From an uncultured cyanobacterium (GTDB lineage Bacteria > Cyanobacteriota > Cyanobacteriia > PCC-6307 > Cyanobiaceae), in NCBI GenBank assembly GCA_963765575.1, contig CAVXWZ010000002.1, positions 608,001 to 672,000 of the forward strand: a stretch of 64,000 nucleotides of DNA, read 5' to 3'. The position numbers and the translations under genes are program-made. Below, piece by piece: positions 58,125-64,000 of the stretch (positions within the stretch are counted from its first letter, which is position 1; every line of letters starts with the position of its first letter). Below the pieces are notes generated by a model. That model was not told where the DNA came from and searched no databases. It was given only the letters and a program-made list of their open reading frames with translations.

Positions 58125-58898
58125 ATGAGCGCCGCCCACCCGCTGATGCCCGATCCCACGGCCCTGCCCGATCCCACGGCCCTGATCGATCCAGAGTCCC
58201 TGCGGCCCCATCGGGTCGAGAGTCGCTGGACAGGGCCGGCACCTCAGGCAATCAGCGGCCGACCGGTGGCCGCACCGGGCGTGCTGCCCACGGTGGTGGA
58301 GCAGTCGGGCAAGGGTGATCGGGCCTTCGACATCTACTCACGGCTGTTGCGCGAGCGCATCATCTTTCTGGGCACCGGCATCGACGATGCCGTGGCCGAT
58401 GCGGTGGTGGCCCAACTGCTCTTCCTGGAGGCGGAAGACCCGGAGAAGGACATCCAGATCTACGTGAATTCCCCGGGCGGATCCGTCACCTCCGGCCTCG
58501 CCATCTACGACACCATGCAGCAGGTGGCGCCCGATGTGGTCACCATCTGCTATGGCGTTGCCGCGTCGATGGGGGCCTTCCTGCTCTCCGGCGGCACCAA
58601 GGGCAAGCGCCTGGCCCTGCCCAACGCCCGGATCATGATTCACCAGCCCCTCGGCGGTGCCCAGGGACAGGCCGTGGACATCGAGATCCAGGCCAGGGAG
58701 ATCCTGTTCCTCAAAGACACCCTCAACGGCCTGATGGCGGAGCACACCGGCCAACCCCTGGAGAAAATCACCGAAGACACCGACCGCGACTACTTCCTTT
58801 CTCCGGCGGAGGCGGTTGAATACGGCCTCATCGATCGGGTGGTCAGCGACAGCTTCGTCGGCGCCGGGGTCACCACTCCAGCGGCGACACCGGCCTGA
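58125..58898 (+). CDS. clpP: ATP-dependent Clp protease proteolytic subunit
   Basis: [42 protein letters not shown]. -10-like TAGATT at 58095-58100. Confidence 0.97.
   Translation: MSAAHPLMPDPTALPDPTALIDPESLRPHRVESRWTGPAPQAISGRPVAAPGVLPTVVEQSGKGDRAFDIYSRLLRERIIFLGTGIDDAVADAVVAQLLFLEAEDPEKDIQIYVNSPGGSVTSGLAIYDTMQQVAPDVVTICYGVAASMGAFLLSGGTKGKRLALPNARIMIHQPLGGAQGQAVDIEIQAREILFLKDTLNGLMAEHTGQPLEKITEDTDRDYFLSPAEAVEYGLIDRVVSDSFVGAGVTTPAATPA
58147..58185. repeat. 18-bp tandem repeat TGCCCGATCCCACGGCCC x2 in the clpP 5' extension
   Basis: Read directly; encodes [12 protein letters not shown]. Confidence 0.9.
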
Positions 58899-59156
58899 AA
58901 CTCCAGCGCTCTGCCGGCTCGCTGCCTTGTCCACCCTGGTTCGATCCTTCACGACAGCTGACGAAACCGGCGATGGGGGCAATGCTGGTTCCTGTGCTGC
59001 GTGGAGGATGCACGGCACCCCTCGGGCTCCGAGGTTCCCAGCGCACCCTCCCCGCTCCAGGGACACCCCACCACTCTCTCTTTCCCCCTCCTCCGTTTCG
59101 GTCCCTGCTCTCGTCCCTCCGTCCCGCCCGGACCCTTCCTCCGGCTGACTCACCCG

Positions 59157-60518
<1,362 letters not shown>

Positions 60519-60524
60519 TCTGCC

Positions 60525-61256
60525 TTGGCCGCCGCCGACCATCTTCAGGTTTCCCGCCGGCACGGCCTGTTCAACCACCACGGCATCGATCTGGGCGACG
60601 GCAGCGTGGCCCATTACCTGGAGGGGCGGGAAATTCTGCGCAACTCCCGCGAGGAGTTCAGCCGCAGTGAACCGATCAGCGTTGTCGACTACGGCGAGGG
60701 CGACTGCTCCCCCGCCGGCGTCACCCTGCGGCGAGCCATGGGCCGGCTGGGGGAGCAGAACTACAACCTGCTGTTCAACAACTGCGAGCACTTCGCCCAC
60801 TGGTGCAAGACGGGCCGCCATCGCAGCGGCCAGGTGGAGAACTGGATTCACACCGGCAGCCTCGGCGCCCTGGCCATCGGCCAGTGGCTGCCGGCCGCGG
60901 CCCTGGCCGGCGCCCGCCTGCTGCTGCGGCAGGGGGTGCCGCTGGAGGGGGGGCTGGAGCTGGCCCGCCGCAGCCTGCGCCAGCTCGAGGAGCTGCGTCA
61001 GACGCTGCAGGCGCGGCTGGATGAGGAGCTGAGCAAGGCCGAGTCCATCTGGGGGCAGAGCCAGTTCGAGAGCCTGCGCCGCGCCGCCCTGCGGCTCGCC
61101 GACCAGCTGGCGGAGGTGGAGGATCTGGAGACGGCCCTGGAGCATCGCCTGCAGGGGCTGCTCGAGGGCCAGGACCCACCCCACGGCCTGCTGCAGCCGG
61201 GCCCGGCCGAGCCGTCGTCCCCATCCCCACAGCCCAGCCTGCCGAACCGGCCATAA
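60525..61256 (+). CDS. Lecithin-retinol acyltransferase (LRAT/NC, permuted NlpC/P60) family protein
   Basis: HHGIDLGDGSVAHY and YNLLFNNCEHFAHWCKTG catalytic motifs. Confidence 0.9.
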   Translation: MAAADHLQVSRRHGLFNHHGIDLGDGSVAHYLEGREILRNSREEFSRSEPISVVDYGEGDCSPAGVTLRRAMGRLGEQNYNLLFNNCEHFAHWCKTGRHRSGQVENWIHTGSLGALAIGQWLPAAALAGARLLLRQGVPLEGGLELARRSLRQLEELRQTLQARLDEELSKAESIWGQSQFESLRRAALRLADQLAEVEDLETALEHRLQGLLEGQDPPHGLLQPGPAEPSSPSPQPSLPNRP

Positions 61257-61282
61257 CCGGCCCCAGCGCTCAGCAGCCCCGC

Positions 61283-63148
<1,866 letters not shown>

Positions 63149-63150
63149 GC

Positions 63151-64000
63151 TCAGGCGGTGGCCGGATCCTCCCCGAGGTGGAGGGTCTTGGCCCAGACCA
63201 GCCGCTTGGGCAGCACGGCCATGCGCAGGGTGGTCCAGGGGATCACCAGGAACCAGTGCCCCAGGTAGAGAATCCCGAGGGACAGGTTGAGCGGTCCCAC
63301 GGCCGGCAACGGCGGCCCCTCGCTCAGGCGGCGGCAGCCGCTGACGATCGACACGCCGGAGAGGCCGAAGGCCACGAACGACAACGGCCAGATGGCGGGC
63401 AGGGTGCGGGTGATGGCGGCTCCCAGCAGATCGGCCGCCGCCACCATCGGCAACACGTACTGGAGCAGGAAGAAGCAGGTGAGGTCGAGCTTGGGGCGGG
63501 CGCCCACCCGGTGGGAAAGCAGACCTGGGGAGTAGTCGAAGAAGCGCTGCAGGCCGCCCTCGGCCCAGCGCTGCCGTTGGCGGAAGAGCGCCCTCAGGCT
63601 GAGCACGGCCTCCTCCTGTACGGGGGGATCCCAGGCGATCGCCACCGGCTGGCGACCCAGCAGCAGGCGGATGCTGAGGTCCAGGTCGTCGGTGACCGTG
63701 GCCTCGTTGAAGCCACCGACGTCGAGCAGGGCATCCCGGCGCAGCAGCTGACCGTTGCCGCGCAGCTCCACGACGCCGCCGTGGCTCATGCGCCCCTGCT
63801 GGACCACCGCATCGAGCACCATCTCCATGGCCTGGGCGCGGGTGAGCCAGTTGGCCTCGGGGTTGGCCACCGCCTTGCGCAGTTGCACCGCCCCCCAGGC
63901 CCCGGCCTCGGCCATGGGGATCAGCCGCTCGAGGGTGTCCGGTTGCAGATCGGCGTCGGCGTCGAGCACCAGCATCCAGGGGGCCCGCAGCTGATGCAGG
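63151..64000 (-). CDS. GT2 glycosyltransferase, probably monoglucosyldiacylglycerol synthase (5' end outside the window)
   Basis: VLDADA, ELRGNGQ, TVTDDLDLS, QRQRWAEGGLQRFFDY (QxxRW), C-terminal TM helices and WAKTLH; resembles cyanobacterial MgdA (inference). Confidence 0.8.
   Translation of the reverse strand, partial: LHQLRAPWMLVLDADADLQPDTLERLIPMAEAGAWGAVQLRKAVANPEANWLTRAQAMEMVLDAVVQQGRMSHGGVVELRGNGQLLRRDALLDVGGFNEATVTDDLDLSIRLLLGRQPVAIAWDPPVQEEAVLSLRALFRQRQRWAEGGLQRFFDYSPGLLSHRVGARPKLDLTCFFLLQYVLPMVAAADLLGAAITRTLPAIWPLSFVAFGLSGVSIVSGCRRLSEGPPLPAVGPLNLSLGILYLGHWFLVIPWTTLRMAVLPKRLVWAKTLHLGEDPATA

Overview
A 64-kb stretch of core chromosome from a high-GC picocyanobacterium (Cyanobium/Synechococcus-like, inferred from psbZ, an RpaB-family regulator, plmA, ycf23, four-ACT aspartate kinase and gene order). 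It contains cysK divergent from an ergothioneine operon (egtB-egtD plus two partner genes), lysS, mreBCD, ssb, ahcY, a MutY-Nudix fusion, a small accessory patch (NlpE/META protein, GT2, NDP-hexose 2,3-dehydratase), a group-2 sigma factor, two tandem mgtE paralogues, gpx, gyrB, miaA, infC, plmA, tRNA-Gly(GCC), cysE, secA, rfbACDB, ribH, psbZ, mutS, cobH, holA, lysC, uvrB, tilS, asd-dapA-rnj, tig-clpP-clpX, an LRAT-family gene, dnaX and a partial GT2. I saw no CRISPR array, prophage or IS element. Four signals stand out. (1) The blocks shared near-identically between the mgtE paralogues form a mosaic, and the longest block, plus the conserved core of the sigma factor, switches abruptly to G/T-ending, C-avoiding codons. 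(2) Five +1 frameshifts can each be read as a four-base Ala codon (GCNN), most likely an allele-merging assembly artefact. (3) There are candidate structured leaders upstream of ahcY and of asd-dapA-rnj. (4) An actinomycete-type deoxysugar dehydratase sits next to a GT2. All calls come from reading the sequence; no database searches were run.
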